Positions 36,734 through 50,900 of a DNA stretch of 64,000 nucleotides are shown here, in pieces. Location: NCBI RefSeq assembly GCF_004010195.1, contig NC_057718.1:53689615-53753614 (forward strand), in the 5' to 3' direction. Both the position numbers and the translations under genes were made by a program. How positions within the stretch are numbered: the first letter of the stretch is position 1; each line of letters opens with the position of its first letter. The stretch comes from Chiloscyllium plagiosum. Taxonomy: Eukaryota. Under the pieces are notes generated by a model. The model saw only the letters and a program-made list of their open reading frames with translations, searched no databases and was not told the DNA's origin.

Positions 36734-37769
36734 TACATTTTATTTTACAAATTTAATGAATAATAAGCTCAAAATTGGAGGAACTACCCCTGACCTGTTG
36801 CATGATTTAATGAAGGCTAAGGCCATTGGGTTGGCAAAGGAGTGAAAGGTGAAATTTCTTGCAAACACCTACGAATGAAAAACATTAGCACAGAATTTCG
36901 GTTTGTTGGAAATCCAAGAGAGATCAGGTACTCAACAGCGAGCTAAAAAGATCTCATACCAAGCTCCCAAACCTTTGTCATGACCCTGATCAATGAGTGA
37001 GCTGAAAATCAAGCTCCACTTCTCTATCAGAAGTCACAAATATGAAACACGATCAACCCAATTGTTAGAATGCTTGATATCTGACTGTGACCACTATCTA
37101 AGTTAGAAGAAAATCGCACTAAGTTTTATTAAGGAAAAATAAAAACTCATTTATTCTAAGAAATCTATTCTTTAAGATGTGTCAAAGTGGATCATTAGTT
37201 ACTAATGTGCAATATTCACCTTAAAGAAAAGTGCATTCATTCATAAATTGGAAAGACAAGACCAACGAGACAAACAGTTTTGTAAAAATATTGTATGTGA
37301 AAAATGTGGACAAGAAAGAACAAAGTTGGTGGATCAAGAGTTCAAATCAAAAGGAGATTTTCTTAGTTCTTTTGGTTTTTAGCGATTATCATGTTGTCAA
37401 TTGGAGTGATCCTCAATGTGTCTTCAACTGGTCAGTTAGACTTAGGTGTTGTGTTAAATTAAACATTTTCTTTATTTATTTTCCATTCACAGAGGGATAG
37501 AGGGTAATCTGACTTACTTGTAGGCTTCTGAATGCATGAATCCTACTCCTCTCTTTTCTGTGACAAACTGCTATTTATAACAAATCCAAAAGTTGTTACT
37601 GGGCAGTTGTTTTTAACCCGAACACACCAGGTGCCAGTGTGTCTCACAAAAATATCAAAATCTAGCTTCTCACAAAAGTTACATGCATTGTATAATCAAT
37701 GAGTGAACATTACACTGATGTACTTTTCCTTCAAGTTATATAAAACAGATTCATTCTCTGCAATACCAC

Positions 37770-38660
37770 AGTCCAGACTTCTATGTTGCAGCTTATATTT
37801 CAAGTAGGATGTAAAAGTTGTCTTCAGAGCACCACTAACCTGTGATTGTGATTTTTCTGAGTTCCTCCCTTTTTTCTATTTCCTGATTTGTTGCTGCTAC
37901 CTATATCCTTGATCATGAAGACTGGTGCAAAATAAGAAAAGTCATTGACTTACAAGTTAACTCTGTTTATTCTCCACAGATGCTGCCAAACCTATTGAGT
38001 TTTGCCAGCAATTTCTTTTTGTCTGATGCAAAATACCTCTTTAATTCATCTGCCATCTCTGCATTTTCGATTATCAATTCTCCAGACTGACTGTTTAAAG
38101 GACCAATTCTGACTTTGTTAACTTCTGTTTAAGGTACATAGAGAACCTCTCACTGTCTTCTGTTTTATTTTTGCAGCTAGTTTTTTCTCAAATTCAAAAT
38201 TTTTCCTTCTTCTTGATTTTTTTGGTCATTTTTCACTGTTTCAGATGTTATATCCAAACTTTGGACCTGCCATCTGTTGTTGAACAATTGTGTGCTTTAC
38301 ATTTGATGATAGCTTTACATTTCCTTTAGGTTTGATGTTATCTTTAACCTTGCCAGTTAAACATAGATGATGGTTCAGTATTTTTGATTTTTTCTTAGTC
38401 TTTGGAACATACTAATTCTATCTATTCTGAAATATCACCTGAAACATCTGGCACTGCATCTCATTGATCTATCCTTTAAGCTAGCCTTTTAGCTCGCCAC
38501 CCAGCTCTGCTTTCCTACCCTCAAAATTTTATTACTTAATATTTTTAAAAGTTTCGGTCACACTCCTCTCTGCCTAAAACTGATTGTAAAATTCAATTGT
38601 GTTACGTTTACTGCTACCTAGGGGCACATTCACTAAAGGATCATCAACTCATCTCTCATC
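37770..38660 (-). mobile_element. Very old CR1 ORF2 fragment containing a family-3 pLTR piece (37935-38022)
   Basis: Reverse of EMADEL..YFA; CTG(G/A)TGCAAAATA duplicated at 37922-37934 and 38023-38035. Confidence 0.6.
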
Positions 38661-41600
38661 CTGAGATGTAGGATGCTATTTTATTCACATTACTTATGAG
38701 CCACCGACAGACTATGAACGAGAAGGTGTTACTTTGGGACAAGCATGATCCTTCCAGTCTTATTTTTAGTCTCTTGCTGTCAATATCTGGGCCACTTAAT
38801 ACCAATGACACTTATTAAGTATAATGCATTAAGCATTGTGAAAGGCAGCCAACTTGCAATTAAGACCAAGGCTAATATCTAAACTTATAAGAATCTGATC
38901 AGGTGTGTAGTCTCTAATCTGCAAGTGCTGAACTGACTGGCAACATGCCTCTTGTGATCATAAATTTAGTTCTTTTCATACTGATGAAAATCACACTAAA
39001 ACAATTTCCACTTTCTCATAACCCTACCAACTTCAAACAGGCATTTAATAGACCTTTGACTTTCCTACAGTGTCACAGTTACTTAATTTACATCAGATAT
39101 ATGGCCTCTTTTCATACAAAAATTCATGGTGTGCAGCAAGATTAAGGATCCTGTCAGACAAAGTTTCAGGAAACCACTCAAGTGTGGAATGAAGAAATGA
39201 TGCAATTTTCCTTTTCAAGTACATTCATAAGTCATTCATATGTTGTTGTTTACATCCTCATGGCACAGATATCCAAAATATTACCACTGATCATTTGTAT
39301 TCTGAACAAAAGTCCTGCGTTCAGTTTAAAATGATGTCAATCTTGATTATTGTGATGGTCTTCACAAATAAAGGGCAATAGATTCAAGTAACTTCTTACT
39401 ATTGCTAATAGTTCACAGATTGTAGAAACAAACTCCCTTGCTTCATTTCCCTTAAGACCCAACAATCCCTTTCAAGGGAATCCAATTTAAAATAGTTTAG
39501 ATTCAGAATATGAATGAGATTTGTTCAGACTTATGAATAACACTAAATGAGGAGGAACAATTGAATTTGATGAGGAATTCCAATAACCTTTCCAAGGACC
39601 TCCATATGACTTGGAGATGGTTAGGAACATTATAGGTATGAGCCAACAATCCTATGTGTAAGGCATATTCAAAAAAAAGTATTCAAGACTTCATGCGCTG
39701 CAGAAATGGAATCAATCCAGTTCAGAGGGAAATTGAAGGAGATGTAAAGTTGCTTGTACACTTGATAGTTAACATGATCACTCACATGATGCAGCAAAGA
39801 ATGAATCCAGAGCAATAGTATTTGCTAAATAAACCAAATATGGGAGTAGATTTCACTTTGGATGTTGGCAATAAACTAGCAGTGGCCACAATATATGTAC
39901 TTTCAAGTTTTCATTGTATTGACTTCGCTGGAGATGAAAATAAATGTTTGCCAATCCAAAAATACCAGTTTGCTGCTGTGCTAAAGATGGAACTTTTACA
40001 TCAGAGGATAAGAGCTGAAACCAAGTAATTAGTCCAGTCGGTAATTGTTCTGTGGTACCTGCCTGAGGCATCACAGAGGAGACATGCTGAGCTGTGACAC
40101 TTTCCCTCTTTTCTTTCTGTAGCTGAGATGCGATATAATAGGTCAGATGAAACCTGAACACTATCATCTTTTTAAACTTCAGATTTACATCTGCATTTTG
40201 CATCAAAACAATTTGAAATATCATAAATTATTTAAAATGATTATTTATTTAAAATAATGCAAATTATACAAATACATTTTAATTCCAACAAATAGGTACG
40301 TTTCAAAAAAGATGCATAAATTTTTTTTAAAAACCTCAAAACAATATCCACTTTGAACTCTTCCACTTCCAGACATCAGGAGGTCAGGTGTATTCTTTCA
40401 GGAGATGCTCTCATGCATCAGTTTTTCCTTTTTTTCATATTGTTAACTAAAGCCAGCTGTGCCTGAAAAACCCAGCAAGTAAATGGATGCAGGAAAAGTC
40501 AGGTCCACAGCGCAGTGCCTTTATGCAGTATTGGTTGTGACCCAGAAACAGCAGGAATACTTCTTCAAGGCATCTATAAGGTTACCTCTGCATCCAATGT
40601 CCATTCCATGTTCCCAGAACTAGTCTGTCAATGGGGCTGAAAGACATCAAGAAGCCTGATTAGCAGACTTCCTGTTTGGAAATCCTCTCCTTGCTCCCTT
40701 CGCAGTCCCAGGCTCTTAATTGTTTTAGATCTGTAAAGGAAAGGTATTAGAAAGGGTCCAATCACACATGATATAGGTTGTTACTGGCACATATCCTTTA
40801 CAAGATGTGTTAAGTTTGTACAGTTCGCTTTGTTCAAACGAGCTTTAATTTGGATAATTTCAAGATATTTTCAATGTGAATATGCATGCAACACCAAACA
40901 GAGGAGATGCTTGGTTTGAATTGTTTTTAATGTGGTGATCTAGCAGGATTTTCTATTTCCTCTGACAGCATTGATGTAATTGGATGAAGGGTGAATATGT
41001 TTTTGTTGGCAGCACTGGAATATTTTTATCAGTCAAGGATGACAAAGATATTGTTTTTCTGATTCCCTGGGGATTAGTACCATCTGTTTCTGATTCTTTG
41101 AGGTAAAGTAACGTTTTTTTTTAAAAAGTCAAGAAACATATCAACAGTGGAATGATGTTTACTGCTTTGTGATTTTAATGCATGTGTTTTTCTTGGTCAG
41201 TGCATTGAAGACTGGTCTAAAGTTTGAAGCAGGACAACAATAAAGGCCCCTTGTTCTCTATCAACACACAACATAATCAATTTCAGTATATCAGACAAAA
41301 CCTTTCAAGTCTGGACTGCAACTGAAATACTTTTAAACGCACAACAGCTTTTGTTTATACAATAGGAGACAGAAAACTCAAGTACATTAGTGACCAGTAC
41401 TCAGTGACTAGTGCATATAATTAGAGTGACTTGATTAAACTTGCTGTTATGCCACATTGCCCTGAATATAAGTCTGAAGGCATGTTCTGGGTGCAGGACC
41501 TGTTTTGATGTTCTACAATCTGGAAATCAGTTCCAGAATGTCCTGAAGTTTTAAATTATTGACTATCTTTCTTCCAATAGTTTCAGGCTTAAAAGCCAGT

Positions 41601-41869
41601 TTAACTTGACAGAGGCTTGTCTAATAGGAAGCCTGAAGAAAGGAAATCAGGTATACCCAGTTGGGGGGGATGTTACAGATTGTGCCAGATTGGGGGCGTC
41701 CAATGGTGACCAGCCAGAGTGTCAGAGAGTGAGTATTTACTGAGTAGCCTGTTGAACTTTAAGCAAACACACCTCTCTTTCTGAACTAGAATCAGTACTT
41801 ATCTCATTCATTCTACCCTTCTCATTATTGTTCTTGTGCTTACCTGAGACTAAGCATAACTGGCTGACG

Positions 41870-43800
41870 CTCACAAAGAGTGGGAGTCCAGAAAGCTGGG
41901 TTACTTGTAAGGGCTTTGGACACCTGTTCAGGGCTGGAGAGGAGATTACAAGAAGAGGGGAGGATCCAGTTGTTGTGGTTTCTGTAGGTACCAATGACAT
42001 TAGCAGGACAAGGAAAGAGATTCTTCAAAGTCAGTATGAGGAGCTTGGCAGCAAATTGAGAAACTAAACCTCAAAGTAAATGACTTCTGGATTACTACCT
42101 AAGCCACGTGCTCTTGTGTATAGTGTATAGAAAAGCATGGTTTGAAGATAGCGCAGTAGAAGTGAGTTCCAGTTCCTGGGTCACTGGCACTATTATTGGG
42201 CCAAATAGCATCTGTACCATTACAACAATCTACCATCTGACCTGTGCTGGGACCAATGGTCTAGTGGACCATATGCCTAGAGAACTAGAGAGAACTTTAA
42301 ACTAAATTAGTTGGGGAAAGTGATCAAAATCTTTGAAAATGTAGCAAATTAATGAGTAGTGATAAGAGAGAATGAGACCAGACCATAAAGGAAAGGAATA
42401 GACAGGTCATAAATCAGAGTAATTGAACAAATAAGAATAGAGATTGATAAAATAATAAAAGGAGAAAACTGAAGGCTCTGAATGCGCACAGCTTTCAAAG
42501 GAAAACAGATGAAGTGATAGTGCAATAGAATTAAGTAGATACAATCTGATAGCAGTTACAGAGGCATGGCTGCAGGATGGCAAAAAACGGGGACCTGAAT
42601 ATTAAAGGGTACATGACATTCAAGTAGGACAGGAAGCTAGGAAAAGGTGAAGAGGTAACACTGTTGACTGATGATGGTATTAGCTCAATAAAGAGGGATG
42701 ACTTAAGTTCAGAAAACTAAGACATAGCAACAGTTTGGGTAAAGCTGTACAATGATAAAGATAAGAAGTGTTTAAGGAAGTGGAGAACAGGGCCTGACTA
42801 GTTTCCACAGTGTAAGATAGAGTATGAAAGAAGAAATGGGAGCTTGTCAAAATGCTACAACCATGGAGAATGTTAATTTGCCAAGAAACTAGGAAAATCA
42901 GATCGGTAAAGGTAACCTTAACAAGGAGACCATAGAATATTTTCAGGCTGTTCTTTTTTTGAAACAGCATGTCTGAAGAACAAAGAACAGGCTATACTAG
43001 ACCTAGCATGTGCAATGCAATAAGAATTGTTAACAACCTCATACTGAAGGCATGCCTGGTGACCATGATAAGATAAGATTTCACATTCAGTTCAAGGGAG
43101 AGAACAGTGAACCTAAGGCTAGTATTTTAAGTTGAAATTATCAATGCTTAAAAGCTGAGCTAACTAAAGTCAACCAGAAACTCAGGTTAAGTGTTAGGCA
43201 ATAGATATACAGTGTTGAAAGTGTGGTGCTGGAAAAGCGCAGCAGGCCAGACAGCATCCGAGGAGCAGGAGAATTAATGCTTTGGGCATAAGCCCTTCTT
43301 CAGGAATCCACACTTTTCAACTCTGGTCTCCAGCATCTGCAGTCCTCACTTTCTGCTAATAGATATACAATGGCAGATAATGAGGGGACTTTTCAGAAGC
43401 ATAGAATACATACATTGCAATGAGAAACAAAAATCCCAAATGGAGGACCCAAGATCTGTGGTTAACTTAAGGAGTAAACATTTTAATAAGTAAAGGTGGC
43501 TGGCAGGTAAGAAGATTGCATATAATATTTTAAAAAGCAAAGAAAGACCAAAAATTAATAGCAAGAGAGAAAATAGTGTACAAGAAGAAGCAAAATAGAA
43601 ATATAAAAACAGTTAGTGTTTCTATCAATAGTTCTGCAAAGGAAAATATTAACATAGTGAACGAGAGTTTTGTGAAAGGTGTGCCTGGAGAATTAATAAT
43701 GGAAAATAAGGAGATGATAGATGAATTGGAGAGGGAATTTTGCTTCTCTCTTCATCATAAAACATACAAGCTCTATTCCAGAAATAGATGTAAATCAGGA
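41870..43800 (+). mobile_element. Old CR1: ORF1 esterase end plus ORF2 endonuclease, decayed
   Basis: GEDPVVVVSVGTNDISR, SGLLPKP, DLIAVTEAWLQ, GELIMENKEMIDEL. Confidence 0.8.
43212..43357. mobile_element. Fold-back PLE pLTR insertion (family 1) with 12-bp TSD
   Basis: AATAGATATACA at 43200-43211 and 43358-43369; minus arm runs to the hammerhead, plus arm is short with the tail. Confidence 0.88.
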
Positions 43801-44629
43801 ACCAGATCAAGTACTCAAGCAAAGAGGTCTATTATTCAACACCCAAAACTAATTTAATTTCTTTGAAGAAAAGCTTGAAAAATTAGGCTGGAAACAAAGT
43901 TAAGAGTTCTGATAGGATTTAGCCATTTCCAAATTATTTACTAAATAATAAAGTTAACAACAAACAAATTAAAGTAATTCTTCAGAAACAGACCTATGGT
44001 AAACTATTTGAAAAAATTGGGAATAAAAGTAATTTCTTTGATTTCAGTGATGCAGAGCCTTAAGAGTGAAGATATGGCTAAATCTTATTATTGTGACAAA
44101 ATGAACAAGAAATGCATGGTTTATTCAGCAATGAAGAAGCTTTGTTGATTTTATTCACAAAATAAAAAAGAAAGAAAAAGATTACAAATTGTGTCAATAC
44201 TAAAGACATAGAAATAGAAAAAAAAAAGTTGATGTGAACAATATCACAACAGCTAACTTTGATCCAGTGAGGAAAACATTTAATCTCCTTGACTGATGCT
44301 TTTTTGAGAAAGTTTCCACTCTCAGATACCCTCTGCCATCTTGGAAAAATAATCTCTTTATTAATTTCAGTGAAGATGCCATTTTGGTAAAGGAAGCCCA
44401 AACTTTAGATTGGAAACAGCTTTTAGTAACTTTAATAGTTTTAGTACTACAACTGCAATCTTTGCAGCAAAAAGGATTCAAGAATAACTTTAATCAACCG
44501 AGAATACAATAAGGCAGTAAAATGAGTGAATTATACAGAAGTTAATATTCTAATAATAATTTTACAAGAGAATAACCTCCAACTTCAAGTGTCTATCAAC
44601 AAAAGGAGAATACAACACAATTCACCAGT

Positions 44630-45036
44630 ATAGTCCTTCCACCGGAGAAATTCAAACCATCCGATCCATTTGAAAGATCAGCAAATTGCAAATGTGGGAA
44701 GAGTAATTCCTCAGGTTTTAAACTGCTTCAGGTTGGATACCAAATCAAAGGCTGAACATGTAGCATATTTCTCTGTTATATGGGAAAAATATCAGAACAT
44801 GTGTATCATAGACAGCAGATTATTGAGAAACAAATTACATTTGATAACTTCCCAATAGATTTTGATCAATATTTCACTTTGAGAGAAAATAAAGCTCTGA
44901 TGAGATCAAGCTTCGCAAGCAGATAAAACTTCCTAGACAGGCAGTAGATAGTTGCATTAGTGATCTGTATGTTCTATCTAAAATGTGCCACTATTGAGAC
45001 ATATATTAAGAGCTAATTTTTGACAGATTGGTTTTG
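44630..45036 (+). mobile_element. Decayed Ty3/Gypsy gag fragment
   Basis: With frameshifts: LPPEKF..FLRF*TASGLD..LCYMG..FDQYF..REN..VDSCISDLYVLSKMCHY..ELIFDRLV. Confidence 0.65.
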
Positions 45037-46869
45037 TTCTCTTAAAGTGATCAATCACTTATTCAATCAAAGGAACATTTGGTGAAAGAATGACAGTCTG
45101 AATGGCAGTGAATGCAGAATCTAGAACATTGTTCTAGAAGTATTGTGTAGCAAAAGTTCCACTCGTGCTGAACAAGCTCCGGAAAGTGTGGACTACTGAA
45201 AGCACAACCCCAGCCTACTCATATTTGAGAGTTAAGTTTTAACCTATTGATTCATAGATGGATTATTATGTGTATCCTCATATTTTCTTATCTGGTATGT
45301 TTCTATTAAAGAAACAGCAGCACAATAAATAAATTCTCAATGTTGTGTTAAATATTTCTGTTTAGGTGAACTGAGATCTCAATTTATTTAGTATATACTG
45401 CCAGAGAGAGGATTCAACTTGCACTGCCACTTCTGATGAGGTCACAAATCAACAAGAAACAATCTGACAGGTCATTCTCTTCTATATGCAAATATCCAGC
45501 TATTGGCAGTTCCCTTTGTTGCTTGAGCACCTGGCATAGTGATTACATATGAAGCGTTATCTTTCATGCACATCATTCCTTGAGTTAAACGTTGCCAATA
45601 TAATTCTGTTTGACAAGTATAGCGATGCATGCACCTTCAGATTTTTAACTCTCATAGCATCAAGTGTTTCAAAATTTGAATGTGAAGAAAATAATGTTGT
45701 GTTGAATAATATCATTCACGTTCAGTAACAAAACAAACATCAGTATGCGTTATGAAGATTCTCCTGTGATATGGATTATCCTGGCAGGAAATGTTAAACA
45801 ATAACAATATATTGACAAACAAACTTCAGTAATACTCGATTTACATTTCTTGATGAAAATGAGAAGAGGTTCACAATTATTAAATAATTATATTATATTC
45901 ATAAATGAGACAAAAGTACATGATGGTATTGTTCTTTGTTTAGCCCCTAATGGATTGTTATGATGTGACAGTATTATTAAATATGCCACAAGTGCATGTT
46001 AGTAATTGGGTTGCAAAGGGCAGAGCCCTGCAGGATATTCCGACCTTTAGTTGGAAGGGATAGAAAGTCCAGTGGAGAATGCTGACATCCACACAAAGCT
46101 TGGTGCTGCAGGAGCTAGAATCTGTAGCACCTAGGCTGCAGAAGTATGAAGGTTATGCAGATTATAAAGGTGAAACTCACTGGACTAGAATTTCTCTTGA
46201 TGAATATGTGGCCACACCGTTCATACGTTTGTGAAATTTTCTCTGCAGAATTCAGCAAAATCATTAATCCATTCTCTTAGAATCTATCAATGTTCATGTT
46301 ATGAAGAAGAAAACTTTACAAACACATTTTTTTATCAGTAAACTGTGGTGCACAACTTCATTCCTCTTCTGATCAAGATAGATTAAAGCTTTATACAAAA
46401 GCCAAATACAAAGCAATGCAGCACCAGAAAATTAACATTCCCCTCTCGCCAATCCAGCAGTTAACGTGACTCTGACTGTTCCAGAAAATCTTGGTTATCA
46501 GTTTGTCTGCGGTGATGACACAAAATATGAGTCAGCTGTTGTGAGGAGATCTGATGTCTAACTCTTTTCATTGCAATAAAATCTAACATCAAATATTGCA
46601 TCTAAAGGTTGGTTGATTCCTGGACCCGTAATGGTGGGAAGTGGGGCACCTCAGGGCCAAATAACCATGGCCCAGGCTTCTAGGGACACTGGTATGCTCA
46701 GCTTGGAGGTGGGCCTGATGGAGATGGAGGGAAGGGCCATTACTGTCAGGTTTGGGCAATGGAAGGGCCATGGGCAGAGGCCTAGACCAGAAGAGCACCA
46801 CAGCCTGTGATTTTCATCTCTGTCTTTATTTTATTCAATATTGACTGTACCATGCCCCAAGTCAAATTT

Positions 46870-47210
46870 CCTTTTTTTATACTTTCATGGGATTTGGGCA
46901 TTGCTGGATAGGCCTTATACCCAAACCTAATTCCCTTGAGAGCATGGCAGTGAACTACCTCTTGAACCACTGCGGTCCATGTGGTGCAGGTACAACCAGC
47001 ACTGGTATTGGTGAGGTGGGGGGGGGGGGGGGGAGTGGTGATGGTTCGAGGATTTTAAAGGTGACAGTGAAGGAAACGTAATGTGGATTTGAACGTAGGA
47101 TCATGTGTGGCTTGGCAGAGAATGTGGACCTGGTTTTTCCATGCATCTGCTGCTCTTGTCGTTCCAGGTAATAAAGGTCACATCATTGGAAGATACTAAT
47201 GAAGGAGGAA
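46870..47210 (-). mobile_element. CR1/L2-group LINE 3' end
   Basis: Minus strand HGPQWFKR..H motif and 3' UTR; related pieces at about 7330-7430 (+) and about 30430-30480 (-). Confidence 0.55.
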
Positions 47211-47558
47211 ATATCTGCTCACAAATAACTTTTACTAGTTGACAATAAAACAACACAATAACTGTACAGGGGTAGGAAAGACAGTCACATGGTTTAGGAT
47301 ACCCAGCTTTACCTTCAGTATTTTGCTTTCAAGAAAGGAAAGGTAAAAAGTATAACAATCTGAAAGAAAAGCTGGAAGAAATGTGACAAATAACTTACTG
47401 AGGTCTATATCATTTATACTGAATTATTGTAGTTTTGCTGCAAGTGCTTTTTTGATTTTGTGTGCCCTTGTCCATTTTACTGGATACTCTTAGGGAAATT
47501 GTGACAAGCTTATGGTCTCCAAACAATGAATTTTTACTGCAGTTGTTAATGAAGAATA

Positions 47559-47634
47559 AGGAGAAAGTGAGGTCTGCAGATGCTGGAGATCAGAGATGGA
47601 AATGGGTTGCTGGAAAAGCGCAGCAGGTCAGGCA
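47559..47634 (-). mobile_element. Single PLE pLTR arm (family 1) with tail
   Basis: AGGAGAAAGTGAGGTCTGCAGATGCTGGAGATCAG...GCAGGTCAGGCA. Confidence 0.85.
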
Positions 47635-48062
47635 TAAACCCAGTTCATCTATCTGCCTTTTAATTTGTCTACATTAAAATATTTCAAGAATGACTTTGAT
47701 TCTAATTTATGCAAAGTCTTGAGCTACAAATCCTGACACACTGGCTGCAATTTTATGAAACCACACTGTTTAAGCCATGGGCTAGTTCCACAAATGATCA
47801 TGAAAAAATATTGTCTCAGTGCTATTGTATAAAAAGTTGAACCAATGCACCAGTGTCTCACCTTATAAAGCTTTGCAATATTTTCTTTTTAAAAGCAGAT
47901 AAAGTTATAACCACTCTCTAAAAAAAAATCCAATTTTGTTTCATGTAGGAAATCTTCAACCAGCACTGTTCTGGAGTTTTGTGAGAAACCATAAAAAGAT
48001 TTAAACTTACCTCAGGAACTATGTGAATATATTTTAGTGTTGCACAACTCAGGTGCTTTTTT

Positions 48063-49102
48063 CTAGGTTGGTCACTTGTAATCAGTGGGATTTCACCAGG
48101 ATCAGGCTGGGATTGCAACTGTTTACAATATATATTCATAACTTCGAGGATGGAAGCAAATATACTGTAGCCAAATTTGCAGATGACAAAAATAGGTGAA
48201 AAGGCTGGTTGCAAAAGGGAGACAAGAAGCTTGCAGAGATATATTGACAGGTTAGGTAGGTGGGCAAAACGTCAGCAGATGGAGTATAACGTGGTGTATT
48301 GTAATATTGTTCAATTTGGAAGGGAGAATGAAAGAACAGAATATTATGTAAAGGTAGACTGTAGAAACTGTAGAAACTGTAGAAAGCAGCAATACAAAGG
48401 GACTTGGGGGCACTTGCACACGAAACATAGAAAGCTAGCACACAGGTACAGCAGGTAATTAGGAAGGCGAATGGAATGTTGGCCCTTATCTCAAGGGGTG
48501 TATAAGAGTGGGGAAGTCTTACTGTGACTGTACAGGGTGCTGGTGAGATCACATCTAGAGTACGTTCAGCAGTTTTGGTCTCCTTATTTAATAAAAGAAA
48601 CTTCACTGTAGGTAATTTAGGGATTCACAATGATGACCCTGATATGGGAGGATTGTCTGATGAGGAAAGGCTAAACAGGTTGGAATTTTACTCTAGAGTT
48701 TGGAAGAATGAGAGGGGATCTCATTGAAACACATAGGATTCTTAAAGGGCTTGATAGGGTAAATACCAAGAGGATGTTTCCCTTCATGGAAGAGTCGAGG
48801 ACCATAAGTTATGGTCTCTGAATAAACAGTTGCCAATTTCAGACTGAGAGAGGAAGAATTTGTCCCTCGGAAGATTTAAAGTATTTGGAATTCCTTGCCA
48901 CAGAGAGTCTTGGGGAACAATTTTTGTGTATACTTAAGGCTGAGACAGATAGATTCTTGATCAGTCAAGGAATCAATGGTTATGGGAAAACAGCAGAAAA
49001 GTGGAGGTGAGGAATGTTGAAACAGCCTTGACCAGATTGAATAGTGAAGCAGACTTGTACAGCGGAATGTCCTACTCCTGTTCCTATTACAGATGGTCTT
49101 AT
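48063..49102 (+). mobile_element. CR1 RT to 3' end fragment
   Basis: SGISPGS, VAKFADDK, LQRYIDRLGRWA, LYRVLVRSHLEY, CR1 3' UTR. Confidence 0.88.
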
Positions 49103-49869
49103 GCTGGGTGAATCCGTTCCTTCAAACGTAACAACATACATTAAAAAACTTTCAATAAAATGCCAATGCACTAGGAAAAAAATCGTTTATCCCAAAAACC
49201 TCTCTGCTACGATCATAACAGCTACTGTAATGTCTTCCATCTCGCAATGGATTAAATTGTACTTACCTTAAATTGGACTTCACTTCCCACTATAATGAAA
49301 TTCAAGATTGAAAATGGAGGTAAGTTATTGGACTGGGGTTTCCATTTTAGCGGGATTGTTTGCATTTTGCATTTTCTGGGAGTTCCATTTACTACAGTTG
49401 TATGTGTGAGCTCAGGCTGATTTTCCTGCAGTTGTTCAACTTGCTCAATTTTAACTGGAAGCCAAGACTCTGATGAGAAACCTGATGTTAACCTTCCCAA
49501 CAAAACCTTCAAGGTTGTGCGTGACTCAAGCACCTCAATGTTTAAAGAAAGCTTGTGCAAAGTAGAATGAATTGTAACAAACCCATATAGTATTGATTTT
49601 AAAGAAAAACGGTTTAAAAGATTTCTCGTGGCTTTGAGAACAAGAATTGTTTCCTGGAAGAAATTCGACTCCTCGGCAGGTCTTTCCCACTTCTCAGGAT
49701 TGCAATCTCCAACACTAGAGAATTCAATGGCTCCTTCTAGAACACCTTAAGATCTCATCCAGCTTTCAAGGTTTCCCTGCTATATGCAGCCAGAGGATGT
49801 CTCCTTTTTAAAGTATACTGACTGTCTTTAAGCAGCATCCAAAATTCCCAACAATTGCCCAACCCATCC

Positions 49870-50900
49870 CAAAAGGCATGTAACATTAAGCAGCATGGGT
49901 AGCAGGGACAACCAGCCTGATAACTCTCACAATAAGATGCCAAAAGCATGTTCTCTCTGCACCCATCTGAAAAGGCATGTGCATTGTGATTGAATTTCTA
50001 GGCCATTATCTGTGTATAAGCATTTTCTGAATACATCAATGCAGAATGCTTCATATATAGCTTGTGGAGTATAGTGCACTTGGCTGCCAATCCACATAAA
50101 ATTCAAGAGCATGGAACTGGCACTCTGCATTCATCCATATAATGAGATTATTTCAATGGATCTGCAACTGAAACAGCAAACTGTCTCCCATCCAGTCTGG
50201 GCTGCTTGTCACACAAGCAGTACCATCTCTCAGAGATACTGCTATGGGATTCATGCAACTCTAAATGAAACAATTTCCTCTGCTTTGGGTTCATGAATAG
50301 AGATTTCAATCACATCTTCTAGAATCTACTTTCCCTAGGTTAGAAACTGTTCAGAGTTGTAGCTCAACATTAAGGGCAGCGATGCAGTAATAATGGAATA
50401 CAATGCTATCTCCTTAGAAGGCAAAATGTGGAAGTGCCGGTATTGGACTGGGATGGACAAAGTTAAAAAATCACATAACAATATCATGTTGTAGTCCAAC
50501 AGGTTTATCTGGAAGCACTAGCTTTCGGTGTGCTGCTCCTTCATTAGGTAGCTGTGGAGCAGGGCCATAAGATATAGAATTTATAGCAAAAATTAACAGT
50601 GTCATGCAACTGTAACAATAAGTCTTCTACATCCTCATTGACCCTGAATCTGTTTGCATTAATGTTTTAGTGTACTGCTGTGCTTGGCTGCTTTGGCAGA
50701 TATCAAAATGTTGTTGATTGTTATAGTCTTTTTCCCATTCACGGTCCTATTGATCACCAAACAGGGACATCTTATGATCTCTTGAATGACCCACATCAGT
50801 ATCTTAATTCCCATCTCGCTACATTGTTGGATAGCCCCATTAAGGCACAGAAGCAGGTATGTGAACTTCACATGCACAATCCATTCTGTATGTCTTTGTG
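49870..50900 (-). mobile_element. Highly decayed Ty3/Gypsy pol relic (RT then integrase)
   Basis: INNILISAK..H (YLDDIL-like) near 50700; LELHESHSSI, PRLD, C-x2-C and TDNGL at about 50270-49990. Confidence 0.45.
50426..50612 (-). mobile_element. PLE pLTR arm (family 2) with tail and degenerate hammerhead
   Basis: Matches 2747-2900 and 5000-5184; minus strand CTAATGAAGGAGCAGCACACCGAAAGCTAG. Confidence 0.85.

Noticed and set aside
45436..45465. CTGATGAGGTCAC...GAAAC hammerhead-like string
   Set aside because: No stem II pairing and no clear pLTR context
47018..47033. Poly-G run; also (ACTGTAGAA)x3 at about 48358-48385
   Set aside because: Simple slippage expansions inside decayed LINEs
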